Source: Felis catus
Lineage: Eukaryota
Assembly (NCBI RefSeq): GCF_018350175.1
Contig: NC_058368.1
Coordinates: 87,978,001 to 88,042,000, forward strand
DNA length: 64,000 nt
Reading direction: 5' to 3'
This document shows positions 49,460 through 61,466 of the stretch, piece after piece. Position 1 is the first letter of the stretch, and each line of letters begins with the position of its first letter. The notes below the pieces were generated by a model. The model ran no database searches, was not told the origin of the DNA, and saw nothing but the letters and a program-made list of their open reading frames with translations. A program made the translations under genes and the position numbers.

Positions 49460-50040
49460 AAATTCAAGATGACTTTTATCCCAGGAATTACCACATGACC
49501 TATCAATCCTGGATGTGTACCTGTCCACACAAAAACTTGTACACAAATGCTCACAGCAGCACTATTCACAGACGTCCCCCTCAGCTGATGAATGGATAAA
49601 CAGTGTGGTCTCTCCTTACAAAAGGAGAGAAGCACACTCACCTGGTGCAACATGGCTGGACCTTGAACACAAGATGCTTGGTGAGAGAAGCCAGACACAA
49701 GGCCACATGTGAATGTCCAAGAACAGGCAGATCCAGGGACAGAAGGTGGGTTCTCGGTTACCAAGGTCGGGGGAGGGGGTGGGGTGGGGATGAGGGGGCA
49801 GGATATGACTGCCTGATTCTGGGGAGACAAAAAAGTTTTGAAGCTACATACAGGTAATGGTTTCACAATAGTGAATGTAATAAAGCCACAAAGTTGTACA
49901 CTTTAAAATGGCTAATTTTCCAGTCACTGTGTGCACCTGATATCATTATAATATCATATGTCACTTATATCTCAATGAAAAAATTAAAAATAAAAATAAA
50001 ATGGCTAACTTTATGTTATATGAATCTTACTTCAAAAAAA
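49460..50040 (+). mobile_element. Old L1 3' end (L1MB/MC-like)
   Basis: cacacaaaaacttgtacacaaatgctcacagcagcactattc and ttgtacactttaaaatgg. Confidence 0.7.
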
Positions 50041-50083
50041 TAATCAAGCTGAGCTGAATTTTAAAACCTAACTTACAAAATCA

Positions 50084-50415
50084 AGGGGCGCCTGGGTGGC
50101 TCAGTCAGTTAAGCATCTGACATCGGCTCAAGTCATGATCTCATGGTTGGCAAATTCGAGCCCTACGTCAGACTCTGTGCTGACAGCTCAGAGCCTGGAT
50201 CCCGCTTCAGATTCTGTGTCTCCCTCTCTCTCTGCCCTTCCCCCATTCACACTCTCTCTCTGTCTCTCAAAAATGAATAAACATTAAAAAAAATTTTTTA
50301 ATCAAAACAAGGGGTGCCTGGGTGGCTCAGCCAATTGAGCATCCTACTCTTGATTTCAGCTCAGATCATGATCCCAGGGTCATGGGATCCATGCTGAGCA
50401 TGGAGCCTGCTTAAG

Positions 50416-50465
<50 letters not shown>

Positions 50466-50500
50466 CTCCCTCGTGCTCTCTAATATCAAAACAAAAAACT
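50084..50500 (+). mobile_element. Two tandem CAN-SINEs (about 50084-50300 and about 50311-50500); the second has a long (CT)n
   Basis: Two heads in the same orientation. Confidence 0.92.
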
Positions 50501-50759
50501 TTTAGAAGAAAATCAAGAACATGTGTATGCAGAGATTTTTTTATTTTTTTAATGTTTTATATGCAAACATTTCTTATGCAAGACACAAAACAGCAGCCAT
50601 CCTAAAAGAGAAAAAACTAATTTGAATGGCTGCCTGACAAAAGACACCAAAAACAGACTGGAAATGACACCTGCCACGCTCAAGGCTTTTGGGATTTCTA
50701 ACACGTGTGCACTATAATACAGAGATGTTCAAGGTGGCACACGATGGGAAAACATTGTC

Positions 50760-50872
50760 AACAAGCTCAACCACCAGGGAAGAATCCAATAAATCAGGGC
50801 ACCACCACAGCGGCAATGTCTCAACCACCTGAGGAGAATCCAATAAATCAGGGCACCACCACAGAGGCAATG
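50760..50872. repeat. About 54-bp tandem duplication
   Basis: ctcaaccacc.g.g.agaatccaataaatcagggcaccaccacag.ggcaatgt occurs twice. Confidence 0.88.
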
Positions 50873-50904
50873 TGGCAGGTTCTCACCCACTCACATGGGA
50901 AGAC

Positions 50905-51030
50905 ACTGGTGTTAGGGTTCTCTACAGAGACGGAACCAATGGGGTGCCCATACATATACATACATCTGGATCAGCAAGCTGGAGACCCAGAAGAGCCAAT
51001 GTTCCAGTCCAAGGCCAAGGACAGAAGGCC
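50905..51030 (+). mobile_element. MLT2 (ERVL) LTR 5' fragment
   Basis: gttagggttctctacagagacggaaccaat and ctggagacccagaagagccaatgttccagtccaaggcc match the MLT2 pattern. Confidence 0.65.
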
Positions 51031-51034
51031 TTGG

Positions 51035-52050
51035 GGGAGGGCCATGATGAGGGTCATGGTGAGGACCAAGATGAAGGCCACAAAGAGGGCCATGATGAGA
51101 CCAGGGTAAGAGCCAAGGTGAGAACCAAATTTAAGATCAAAGTGAGGATCAACATGAGGACCATGGTGAGGGCCAAGGGAAGCATCAATATGAGGGCCAT
51201 GATGAGAGCCACGGTGAGAGCTATGGTGAGGGCCAAGGGGAGGGTCATGGTAAGAGTCATGGTGAGGGCCATGGGAAGACCATGGTGAGGGCCATGGTTA
51301 GGGTCATGGTGAAGGCCAAGGGAAGGATCAAGGTGAGAGCCATGGTGAGGGCCATGGTGAGAACTAAGAGAAGCATCAACATGAGGGCCATGGTGCCAGG
51401 GGAGGGTCATGGTGAGGGTCATGGTGAGGACTAAGGGAAGGATGAAGATGAGGACCAAGGTGAGGACCATGGTGAGGGCCATGGTTAGGGTCATGGTGAA
51501 GGCCAAGGTGAGGGTCATGGTGAGGACCAAGGGAAGGATCAAGATGAGGACCAAGGTGAGGACCATGGCAAGAGCTATGGGAGGACCATGGTGAGGGCCG
51601 TGGTTAGGGTCATGGTGAAGGCCAAGGGGAGGGTCATGGTGAGAGTCATGGTGAGGGCCATGGTGAGGACAAAGGGAAGGATCAAGATGAGGATCAAGGT
51701 AAGGAACATGGTGAGGGCCATGGGAAGACCATGGTGAGGGCCATGGTGAGGACCAAGGGGAGGATCAAAATGAGGTCTGTGGTGAGGGCCAAGGGGAGGG
51801 TCATGGTGAGGACTAAGGGAAGGATCAAGATGAGGACCAAGGTGAGGACCAGGGTAAGGGCCATGGTTGGAGTCATGATGAAGGCCATGGTAAGGGTCAT
51901 GGTGAGAGCCATGGAGAGAGCCATGGGGTGACCCATGGGGAGGACCAGGGGGAGGACCATGGTGAAGGTAATGGTGAGGGCCAAGGGGAGGGCCATGGAG
52001 AAAGCCATGGGGAGACTCATGGGGAAGACCATGGTGAGGATCAAGTGAGG
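51035..52050. repeat. About 1-kb hexamer-periodic tandem repeat (ccatgg/tgaggg/ccaagg/tgagga) with higher-order structure
   Basis: Visible directly; dozens of catggtgagg units. Confidence 0.95.
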
Positions 52051-52389
52051 GCAAAAGGGAAGACCTCAATAAAGGCCACGAGGCAGGCCCAGCTGGGCTA
52101 GGGCAGGAGTGGCCTCACTGCAGCTGTGAGGCCCAGCCTGGCATCAGGTATCCCCTTCACTAAGCACTTTCCAACCTGCCTTCAGAGCATTTCTTTCAAT
52201 GAAATCTTAATCAGAGCTCAACATAAGAAGCTGGTAGTGGCTCTCACTGTGGGGTCCCCATACCTCATGGGTCTCTGAGGCCCTGCAAGAGACCTGGCAG
52301 TCAGGACAGTCCCCATGGAAAATGTCATCTGCATTTTACACATGCTCCCACATTTGTGGCATCATCCGAGGCTGTGGGGCTCTGGAACA

Positions 52390-52682
52390 GAGAACCCAGC
52401 ATTGTGTGTGAAGCTGGCTGTTAGAGAGATCTGCACGCTGTGACAAATGCCACTTGTGCATTGTTGTTGTTGGAAAACATGATTCTTTTCTCATTAAAAA
52501 TATGTCTCTTACATTAACATCTCCTGGGCTTACTTATTATTAGATTAATTAATAAACATTCACAGTTTTTCTGTTTTGATATCAGTAGACTTATCCTACA
52601 GGGACTAAAGCTCTTTGGCATCTGTGAAAGTGTTAAGAAGTGACATAATTCTGAGGCCACAAGGCTCCAAGGGACCCCTGAC
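52390..52682 (+). mobile_element. Charlie1-like hAT DNA transposon 3' end
   Basis: aaatgccact...ttggaaaa...aaaaatatgt...ttaataaacatt...aaagctctttgg...ctgaggcca..aag....gacccctg follows the Charlie1a terminus pattern. Confidence 0.6.
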
Positions 52683-54074
52683 TTGCACAGGACATTAGCC
52701 TAAGGCAACAGCATTAAACAAGAGCAACAGATTTCAAGGAGCAGCTGCTGGTGCCAGAGGCAGGAATATACCCAGAGTCACATACACATGTGTGGTTTTA
52801 CATGTACACACATAGACATGTATTTCAGCTAAACAAGAAAAGATCTGGGGCATGCATAACAAAAAGAAAACTTGAAATGATGTTATTGTTTTTTTTTAAT
52901 TGGAGAACCATTGGAAATATAAGCATATAAAAAAGTTCAAAGACAAAGAAAAGGAAAATAAAGAAAAGGCAATGTCAACCAAGAGAAAGCTGATGCAACT
53001 GTATTACCAGTAAACTAAACTGGCTTTGTAGGAAAATAATAACTAAAGTTTAGAAGTCATTTGAAAAGATTTTATTCACCAGTCTTGGCGATGATCTTTT
53101 AGACATAACACCCAAGCACCACCAACAAAAGCAAAAATTAACAGGGAGGGAGGGTTACATGGAAGAAAAAGCTTCTGTACAGCAATGAAACCATCCATAA
53201 GTGGGGAAAGACAGCCCAAAGAACAGGGGAAACATTTGTAAACCACATCGCTGGCAAGGGGGTAGCATCCAAAATGAACTCGTACAGCCCCACTGGGGAA
53301 GAAACAAAGGTCGAATTCACAGTAACAGAGAGTAAAATTGTGGCTTCCAGGGGCTGGGGGACGAGGAGAGGGGCGCTGTCAGCCAAGGACACAAACTGTC
53401 CCTTCTGAGATGGAAAGTCCCAAGGATCTAATGTGCAGCATGGTTAAAGAAACAGAAGACAGTAAGACACTGGCCAAAACTCACTGGATTGTATGCTTTA
53501 AATGGATGCAGTTTATTGCACACCAGCTACACCCCAATATAGCTTATGTTCTTAATGATACTACGAACGTTTTTCACAATAAATCTGAAAATGTGATGAT
53601 ACAGACAAGTTTTCAGAAAGGACAAGCATCATTTATTTCAACATGTGCCCACAAAAATCAATAAACTCCAACAACCATTCATGACTTTAAAGGAAAAAAA
53701 AACCTTAACACACTTAGACTTCCAGTTATGGAAACTTTCTCAGCCTGAAAAAGGATATCCACCAAAAAAATAGCAATAGCATCTCACTGAGGAACAAGAA
53801 TGGCGGGTGGGGGGGCACCTCATTCATCCCTGTTTAACTCAACACACCGCAGGAAGGCAGGGAGGCGGTAAATGCATGAGGGTTGCCAGAAACAAAACAG
53901 TCGCTCATCTCAGATTATAGGACTGTCTACAGTAAAAGCCCTGGACCACGTACAGAAAAAAAAAGAGTCATGAAGAATCAGTTACAGTTTTGCAAATCTA
54001 TTTTGACACAGTCATGAACAAAAACATAAATGCAGTTTCACAAAGCTGCCGTTTGTGGCAGTAATACAGTCATT

Positions 54075-54564
54075 TTTTAAAAATTTTTAATGTTTATTTT
54101 TGAGAGAGTGTGGGAGATGCAGGAGAGAAGCATCAAAGGAAAAGACTTCAAAAGGGAAGGGCTGGAGAAGGTGCAAGGCCTTAGGACATGTTTACATAGC
54201 TGAGCGTGGCTGTGGCTCATAAGGAACGTCTAGAGCTGTGGCTCATAAGGAACGTCTAGAGCCATTAACATTGCCCAGGGCCAGATCCTCCTCCACACCT
54301 GACCCTTCCTAGTGTTATAGAAACCAACTAACTCAGAATTCAACCTTGAAAAGCTAAACCATTAAATTGATTAACACACTTGCTTAGCTAACTTTATGCA
54401 TGTAGTCTTTAGTAATTATCCTAATAAAAAGAAGCTTTATTCTGGAGTTGGAGCATCATTCCCAGATGACTAGACAAGACTCGAGACTCAAGTATGAGGA
54501 CCTTCACTTAACTGCACTTTGTTTGCAGACTCATCTTTTGTGACTCCAGCCATACTCCCTGCAA

Positions 54565-54621
<57 letters not shown>

Positions 54622-54775
54622 GCATGAGCAGGGGAGACACACACACAATCCGAAGCAGGCTCCAGGCTCTGAGCTGTCAGCACAGAGCCAGACGTGGGGT
54701 TCAAAATCACGAACCGTGAGATCGTGACCTGAGCCGAAGTGGGACACTTAACCAACTGAGCCACCCAGGCGCCCC
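54075..54775 (-). mobile_element. CAN-SINE split by an insertion; TSD agtaat(a/g)cagtcattttt
   Basis: Tail at about 54075-54108, body at about 54566-54775, TSD at about 54060 and about 54776. Confidence 0.9.
54109..54565 (+). mobile_element. Probable solo ERV LTR inserted in the (GA)n of the SINE
   Basis: About 457 bp, starts TG, ends ...ccctgcaac, AATAAA at about 54423, internal 26-bp tandem duplication (ctgtggctcataaggaacgtctagag). Confidence 0.65.
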
Positions 54776-55280
54776 AGTAATGCAGTCATTTTTAAGAGTA
54801 CGTGGATAAATAAAACAAATATGTAAGAACTTTAGGAAAATGATACAACTGTTGTGAAAGACATTAAAGTTGACTTAAATACATGAAGACATACATGATG
54901 TCCATGGGCTTGAAAATTCAGTAGCACTAGGATAACAGTTCTCAACTTGACAAATTTAATGCAATGCTGGTCAAATGCTATCATGTGTGTGTAAGAGTAT
55001 GTGTGAGAACAGACAGCAGTCAGTCTGATTCAAATTCACATGGAGCAGCAAAGCACCAAGAGCCAAGATATTCGTGAAGTCACAGGACACAAAACCAATA
55101 CACAGAAATCTGTTCATTTCTATACACTAATTACAAACTATCATAAAGGGAAAGTAATAAGACAATCTAATTTCAATTGAATCAAAAAAGAATAAAATAC
55201 CCAGGAATAAATTTAACCAAGGAGGGTGAAAGATGTGTACACTGAAAACTGTAAGTCATTGATTAAAAAAGAAAAAATGA

Positions 55281-55520
55281 GGGGTGCCTGGGTGGCTTAG
55301 TGGGTTGAGCATCTGACTTCAGCTCAGGTCATGAACTCACGGTTTGTGGGTTTGAGCCCCGCATCGGGCTCTGTGCTGACAGCTCGGAGCCTGGAGACTG
55401 CTTTGGATTCTGTGTCTCCTCTCTCTCTGTTCCTCCCCTGCTTGCTCGCTCTCTCTCTCTCTCTCTCTCTCTCAAACATAAATAAAGACTAAGAACATTT
55501 AAAAAAAAAAGAAAAGAAAA
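55281..55520 (+). mobile_element. CAN-SINE
   Basis: Canonical head, (CT)n and A tail. Confidence 0.92.
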
Positions 55521-55991
55521 GAAAAATTGAAGTCACAAATAAATGGAAATGGATACCATGCTCATGGATTGGAAGAATTAATATCATTAAAATCTGCATA
55601 CTACCAAAAGCAATCTACAGATTCTATGCAATCTCTATTAAAAATCCAAAGGCACTTTTCACAGAAAAAGAGCAATCCTAAAATTTGTATGGAAGCATGA
55701 AAGACCATAAATAGCCAAAGCAATTTTGAGAAAAATAACAAAGCTGGAGTCATTGGACTTCCTGATTTCAAACTGTATTAAAAAGCTACAGTAGTCAAAA
55801 CAGTATGGTACTGGCATGAAAGTAGACACATATCAAGGGAATAGACTACATCAAACTAAAAGGCTTCTGCACAGCAAAGGAAACCATCAACAAAATGAAA
55901 AGGGAGCCTATGATAGGGGAGAAGCTATTTGCAACTCATATATCTGATAACGAGTTAATATCCAAAATATATAAAACAATGAATATAACTT

Positions 55992-56215
55992 GGGACACCT
56001 GGGTGGCTCAGTTGGTTGAGCATCCAACTCTTGATGTCAGCTCAGGTCATGATCTCATGGTTCTCATGGGATTGAGTCCCATGTCGGGCTCTATGCTGAC
56101 AGCGTGGAGCCTGCCTGGGATTCTCTCTCTCTCTCCCTCCCTCTCTGCCCCTCCCCTGCCCTCACGTATGTGCACACTCTCTCTCAAAAATAAACATTTA
56201 AAAAAATAAAAAATA
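55992..56215 (+). mobile_element. CAN-SINE
   Basis: Canonical head and tail. Confidence 0.9.
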
Positions 56216-57558
56216 AATATAACTCAATAGCAAACAAACAAAAAGACAGTATGATTAAAAAGNNNNNNNNNNNNNNNNNNNNNNNNNNNNNNNNNNNNNN
56301 NNNNNNNNNNNNNNNNNNNNNNNNNNNNNNNNNNNNNNNNNNNNNNNNNNNNNNNNNNNNNNNNNNNNNNNNNNNNNNNNNNNNNNNNNNNNNNNNNNNN
56401 NNNNNNNNNNNNNNNNNNNNNNNNNNNNNNNNNNNNNNNNNNNNNNNNNNNNNNNNNNNNNNNNNNNNNNNNNNNNNTGGTAAGAATGCAAACTGGTGCA
56501 GCCACTGTGGAAAGCAGCATGGAGGGTCCTCAATTAAAACTAGAAATGTCATATGACCTAGTATCCATTTCTGGGTATTTATGTAAAGAAAATTAAAGCA
56601 CTACATTGAGAAGATATCTGCACCCCAATGTTTATATCACGTTATTGACAACAACCAAGACAGGGAAACAGCCCAAGTGTCCACAGACTGATGAATGGAT
56701 AAAGAAGATGTGGTGTATATATACAAGGGAACAGTACTCATTTATAAAAAGAATGGAAACTTTTCACCTCCAACAACATGAATGAACCTCAAGGGCATTA
56801 TGCTAAGTGATATAAGTCTAACACAGACATTTAGTTCTCAATTACAGGACTTTACTTATAGGTGGAATCTTAAAAAACAAAAAAACAAAAAACCTTAAGC
56901 AAAGAAAAACAAAGAAACGCATAGATACAGAGAACAGATAACAGACGGGTAGTTGACAAAAGTTGGGGAGGGGAATGAAATGGGTGAAGGTGGACAAAAG
57001 GCACAAACTTCCAGTCATGAAATGAACCAGTCCTGGGGACATAACGTATAGCATGGTGACCCTAGGGAGGAACACTGTAGTGCACATTTGAATACTGCTA
57101 AGACAGTAGTTCTTCAAAGTTCTACTCACAAGGAAAAAAGCCCTGTAAGTAACTGTGGTGATGATGTCACCTAGACGTCCCGTGGCGATCACTTCACAGT
57201 ACCTACAAATATCAAACCATCATGTTGTACGCCTGGAACTCATGTCATCTTGTATGTCAGTTATACTTTGATTCTAGAAAAGAATGGCCTGGGTGCTCTC
57301 TCAACATCTTGGCTTGCTCTAGGGCCACACCAGTTCCCAAGAACAATCGCCAAGATGCAGAAATTAAGATGACATGGTACCAGCCCAGGTTTGGATAGAC
57401 ACAGGGACAAGGGAAAGAAGGATGGTTCGGTGGGCAGCACTGGGACAAGTGGCCATCCACAAGGGACAATATGGAAGTCTGTGTTAAAGCTGACCCCTAC
57501 CTCACACCACTCACCCACATCTGTCTGAGGAAGATTAAAGCCTCAAAGCCTCAGTGTG

Positions 57559-57930
57559 GGGGGCACCCAGGTGGCTCAGTTGGCTGAGCATCCAACTTCT
57601 GCCAATTCATGGTCTGAGCCCTGCATCTGGCTCTGTGCTGACAGTTCAGAGCCTGCTTGGGATTCTCTGTCTCCCTCTCTGTCCCTTCCATGCTCTCTCC
57701 CTCTCAAAATAAATAAATACACTTAAAAAAAAATCCTGGGGCACCTGGGTGGCTTAGTTGGCTTAGGTCATGATCTCCTAGTTCATGGGTTCAAGCCCCA
57801 CATCAGGCTCTGTGCTGACAGCTCGGAGCATGGAGCCTACTTCAGATTCTGTGTCTCCTCTCTCTCTTCCCCTCCCTCGCCCTCTCTCTCTCTCAAAAAT
57901 AAACATTAAAAAAAATTTTAAAACAAAAAC
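57559..57930 (+). mobile_element. Two tandem CAN-SINEs (about 57559-57735 and about 57737-57930)
   Basis: Two heads, each with internal deletions. Confidence 0.88.
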
Positions 57931-57994
57931 AAAAAACCCCAAAACCACAATGTCAGTATGGCAAGAACAACTGCAGAAGTATCAGAAACCAATG

Positions 57995-58325
57995 TAAAAA
58001 GAATGAAATCTGGCCATTTGCAGCAACGTGGATGGAACCGGAGGGTCTTATGCTAAGTGAAATAAGTCAGGCAGAGAAAGACAAATACACTATGTTTTCA
58101 CTCATGTGGATCTTGAGAAACTTAACAGAAGACCATGGGAGAGGGGAAGGGGGAAAAAGCAAAGTTATAGAGAGGGAAGGAGGCAAACCATAAGAGACTC
58201 TTAAGGACTGAGAACATACTAAGGGCAGATTGGGGGTGGGGGAGAGGGGAAAGTGGCTGATGGGGAGGGAGGAGGGCACCTGTTGGGATGAGCACTGGGT
58301 GTTGTATGGAAACCAATTTGACAAT
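57995..58325 (+). mobile_element. Carnivore L1 3' UTR fragment running into a gap
   Basis: gaatgaaatctggccatttgcagcaacgtggatggaac and gaggagggcacctgttgggatgagcactgggtgttgtatgg. Confidence 0.88.
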
Positions 58326-59244
58326 NNNNNNNNNNNNNNNNNNNNNNNNNNNNNNNNNNNNNNNNNNNNNNNNNNNNNNNNNNNNNNNNNNNNNNNNNNN
58401 NNNNNNNNNNNNNNNNNNNNNNNNNNNNNNNNNNNNNNNNNNNNNNNNNNNNNNNNNNNNNNNNNNNNNNNNNNNNNNNNNNGCATCATGACCTTTAGGG
58501 TGGTGCAGATTTTTTAAGCATGGTAAATGCACACACCTTAAAGATGCTGATAAAAGTTAACTGTGCCCCAGTAAAACATGCATGTCCCAAGACAGCACCA
58601 TGGAGAAAGAATCTGTGTGCTGGATCCATGTGGCCTGGGGAACAAGTCAGGCGCACTGTTTGCAGGCCAGCTGCTGTGCGGACCATCTGTCCACTGTGGA
58701 GCTTGGAGATGAGGCCCCCACTGGTGTTTACTGTGTGTCCCTCCCTGGGAACCTTCTAGTGCTTGTTCTGTGCTCCAGTGCTGGGTGCACAGACACTCAA
58801 CAATGCCATGGCCCCCTGACAGGACACGCGGTGGCCTTCTGGGTCTCCTGAGTCTGCTTTGTCCCAGGCTCCCTTTCGTTTCCCATTCCCACAGAGTTAT
58901 CTTTTCCAGCCCTTGCCTTTCCTTGTCTGTGTGCCCTGGGGCCACAGCCATCACCTAGCTTCACAGAACAGGGCAATGTTCTCCAAACCAGTCAGTCAAT
59001 GCAGCGGAAGAAAGATCAGCCATGGTCTTAAAGTGGGTAGAGCTAACTGAAGTCTGTAGAAGTCCCAGATCGCACAACCCCTGCAGATCCGCAGGCTTCT
59101 TAACCCATCGCAGCCTGACACTGATGCTCTGTGAGTCTGAATTCCTACACATCTTAGCCCTGCCTCTGTGCCCCTGCTCATAACACACAGGTGCATGCAC
59201 TCTCCAGGACGCTATTGCCAGGTGCCTGTCCACCTCTCTGTCCC

Positions 59245-59505
59245 CACGACCCTCCTACCAGCTGCTTGATCTACCACCCTGCCCCCACCTCCTGCCACCT
59301 GCGTGATCCACCTCCCCTCCTCCCTCCCCCTCTCCTGACACCTGCTTGATCTACCTCCTTGCCCCCACACCCCCCTCCTGCCACCTGCTTGATCCAGCTC
59401 CCCGCCCCTACCCCTCTCCTGCCATCTGCTTGATCCACCTCCCCTCCCTCCTCCTCTCTCCTGACCCCTGCTTGATCTACCCCCCTCCCCCTCCCCCTCT
59501 CTCAC
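59245..59505. repeat. C-rich minisatellite, about 42-bp unit (cacctgcttgatc(t/c)acctcccc), about 6 copies
   Basis: Core ctgcttgatc recurs at about 42-bp spacing. Confidence 0.88.
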
Positions 59506-59882
59506 CCTACATGGCACTGTATGTCATTTACAGAATTCAGCTTTGGCATCTGACTCCATTCCCCCCAGGAGGGTGAAGTTTCAGTGGATGGCTCTAGGTC
59601 TGAATTTTTGTTGCTGGTTCTCTGCCTCTGAGAGCCTGGCAGAGCTTCAAGGTTTGCTGCAGCCCATCATCCACACCGTCTGTCCCCTTCCCTTTAGGAC
59701 AAAACCTGCCCGTGAGGACCCAACTTACAGTCCAAGTCACCATCTCCCTTGTGTCCCCTCCCCCCCATTGGGGACTCCTCTCTATGGACTGTCTACCACC
59801 TGTCTTACCTCTAGCCATAAAGTAAATTTCTGGAGAAGGAATCACAATTTTCCTATGAGTTACATTTACAATAAATATGGTA

Positions 59883-60022
59883 GGGGTGCCTGGGAGTCTC
59901 AGTTGGTCAAGCATCGGACTCGATCTCAGCTCAGGTCTTGATCTCAGGGCCATGAGTTCAAGCCTGCATTGGGCTCTACGTTGGGTGGGAAGCCTACTTA
60001 ATAACATAACATAACATAACTA
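59883..60022 (+). mobile_element. CAN-SINE with (ATAAC)n tail
   Basis: Head ggggtgcctgggagtctcagttgg. Confidence 0.85.
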
Positions 60023-60261
60023 CATGAATACTATAGATAGGTTCCTTAGCAGAAAAGTCTAAGCTGAAAAACTTAGTTCACAGTCTTCCCCATTATATAC
60101 TGGAAAATACTGTTTACAATTATGCCTTGTGGGTCAGAGATTTTCCTAAATCATCACTCGAGTCTTTCAGACCTTCAGTCACTCTGTCTTGTGCTTGACA
60201 TCTTCAGTGCTTCAGGTGATAACATCAGACCCTGCACGGAGGTGATGCATTCCAACACAAA

Positions 60262-60465
60262 TTTTTTTAATGTTTATTTATTTATTTTAGAGAGAGACAC
60301 AGAGAGTGAGAGGGGAGGGCCAGAGAGAGGGAGAGACTCCCCAGGAGGCTCTGCACTGTCAGCACAGAGCCTAACTCGGGGCTAAAACTTATGAACCATG
60401 AGATCATGACCTGAGCCAACATCAAGAGTGAGATGCTTAACCAACTGAGCCCCCCAGGTGCCCCC
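60262..60465 (-). mobile_element. CAN-SINE with TSD caacacaaattttt
   Basis: Reverse head and TSD on both sides. Confidence 0.92.
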
Positions 60466-61466
60466 AACACAAATTTTTACTGATACCGGACAAGCCTCTT
60501 AATTTCCAATATTCAACTACTACAAAATAAGGTAGCGCCAAACTGATCAGCTGTACAGAGAGTCTACCAATACAAAGAGTCCATTCACAACAAATGGCAT
60601 GGGCTGAAAACGCCGTGTGTGCCAACTGTCCACCGCTAGATTTCCAGCACCCAGCACAAGGCCTGCACTCAGAAGTTCCTCCATGTGTTTGCAAAGGTAC
60701 TTAGATGAGCTAGTGTGCATACCTGAATTCTACGCCAAAGTAAAACTGCCTTGAAGAGAATTTATTCCTTAGTGTAGGTAGAGAAATTCATAGTCCTCTT
60801 TTACACAGTAATCANNNNNNNNNNNNNNNNNNNNNNNNNNNNNNNNNNNNNNNNNNNNNNNNNNNNNNNNNNNNNNNNNNNNNNNNNNNNNNNNNNNNNN
60901 NNNNNNNNNNNNNNNNNNNNNNNNNNNNNNNNNNNNNNNNNNNNNNNNNNNNNNNNNNNNNNNNNNNNNNNNAGGGAGAAGAAAGGAGGAGGGAGGGAGA
61001 AGAAAGGAGGAGGGAGGGAGAAGAAAGGAGGAGGGATGAGGGAGGAAGGAGAAAGGAAGGGAGGGAAGAAGGAGGCAGGAGGAAGGAGGGAAGGGTANNN
61101 NNNNNNNNNNNNNNNNNNNNNNNNNNNNNNNNNNNNNNNNNNNNNNNNNNNNNNNNNNNNNNNNNNNNNNNNNNNNNNNNNNNNNNNNNNNNNNNNNNNN
61201 NNNNNNNNNNNNNNNNNNNNNNNNNNNNNNNNNNNNNNNNNNNNNNNNNNNNNNNNNNNNNNNNNNNNNNNNNNNNNNNNNNNNNNNNNNNNNNNNNNNN
61301 NNNNNNNNNNNNNNNNNNNNNNNNNNNNNNNNNNNNNNNNNNNNNNNNNNNNNNNNNNNNNNNNNNNNNNNNNNNNNNNNNNNNNNNNNNNNNNNNNNNN
61401 NNNNNNNNNNNNNNNNNNNNNNNNNNNNNNNNNNNNNNNNNNNNNNNNNNNNNNNNNNNNNNNNNN

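Larger units (their letters stand above)
52900..57270 (+). mobile_element. Mosaic of L1 ORF2/3' UTR fragments (older L1M plus L1MA-like), interrupted by SINEs and an LTR
   Basis: catggattggaagaattaatatcattaaaat, ttctgcacagcaaaggaaaccatcaacaaaatgaaaag and a typical L1MA 3' UTR. Confidence 0.8.

Noticed and set aside
14982-61466. N-runs and the long X-containing ORFs that span them
   Set aside because: Assembly gaps, mostly within L1 or simple repeats; the ORFs are artefacts. Small features hidden in the gaps cannot be excluded.
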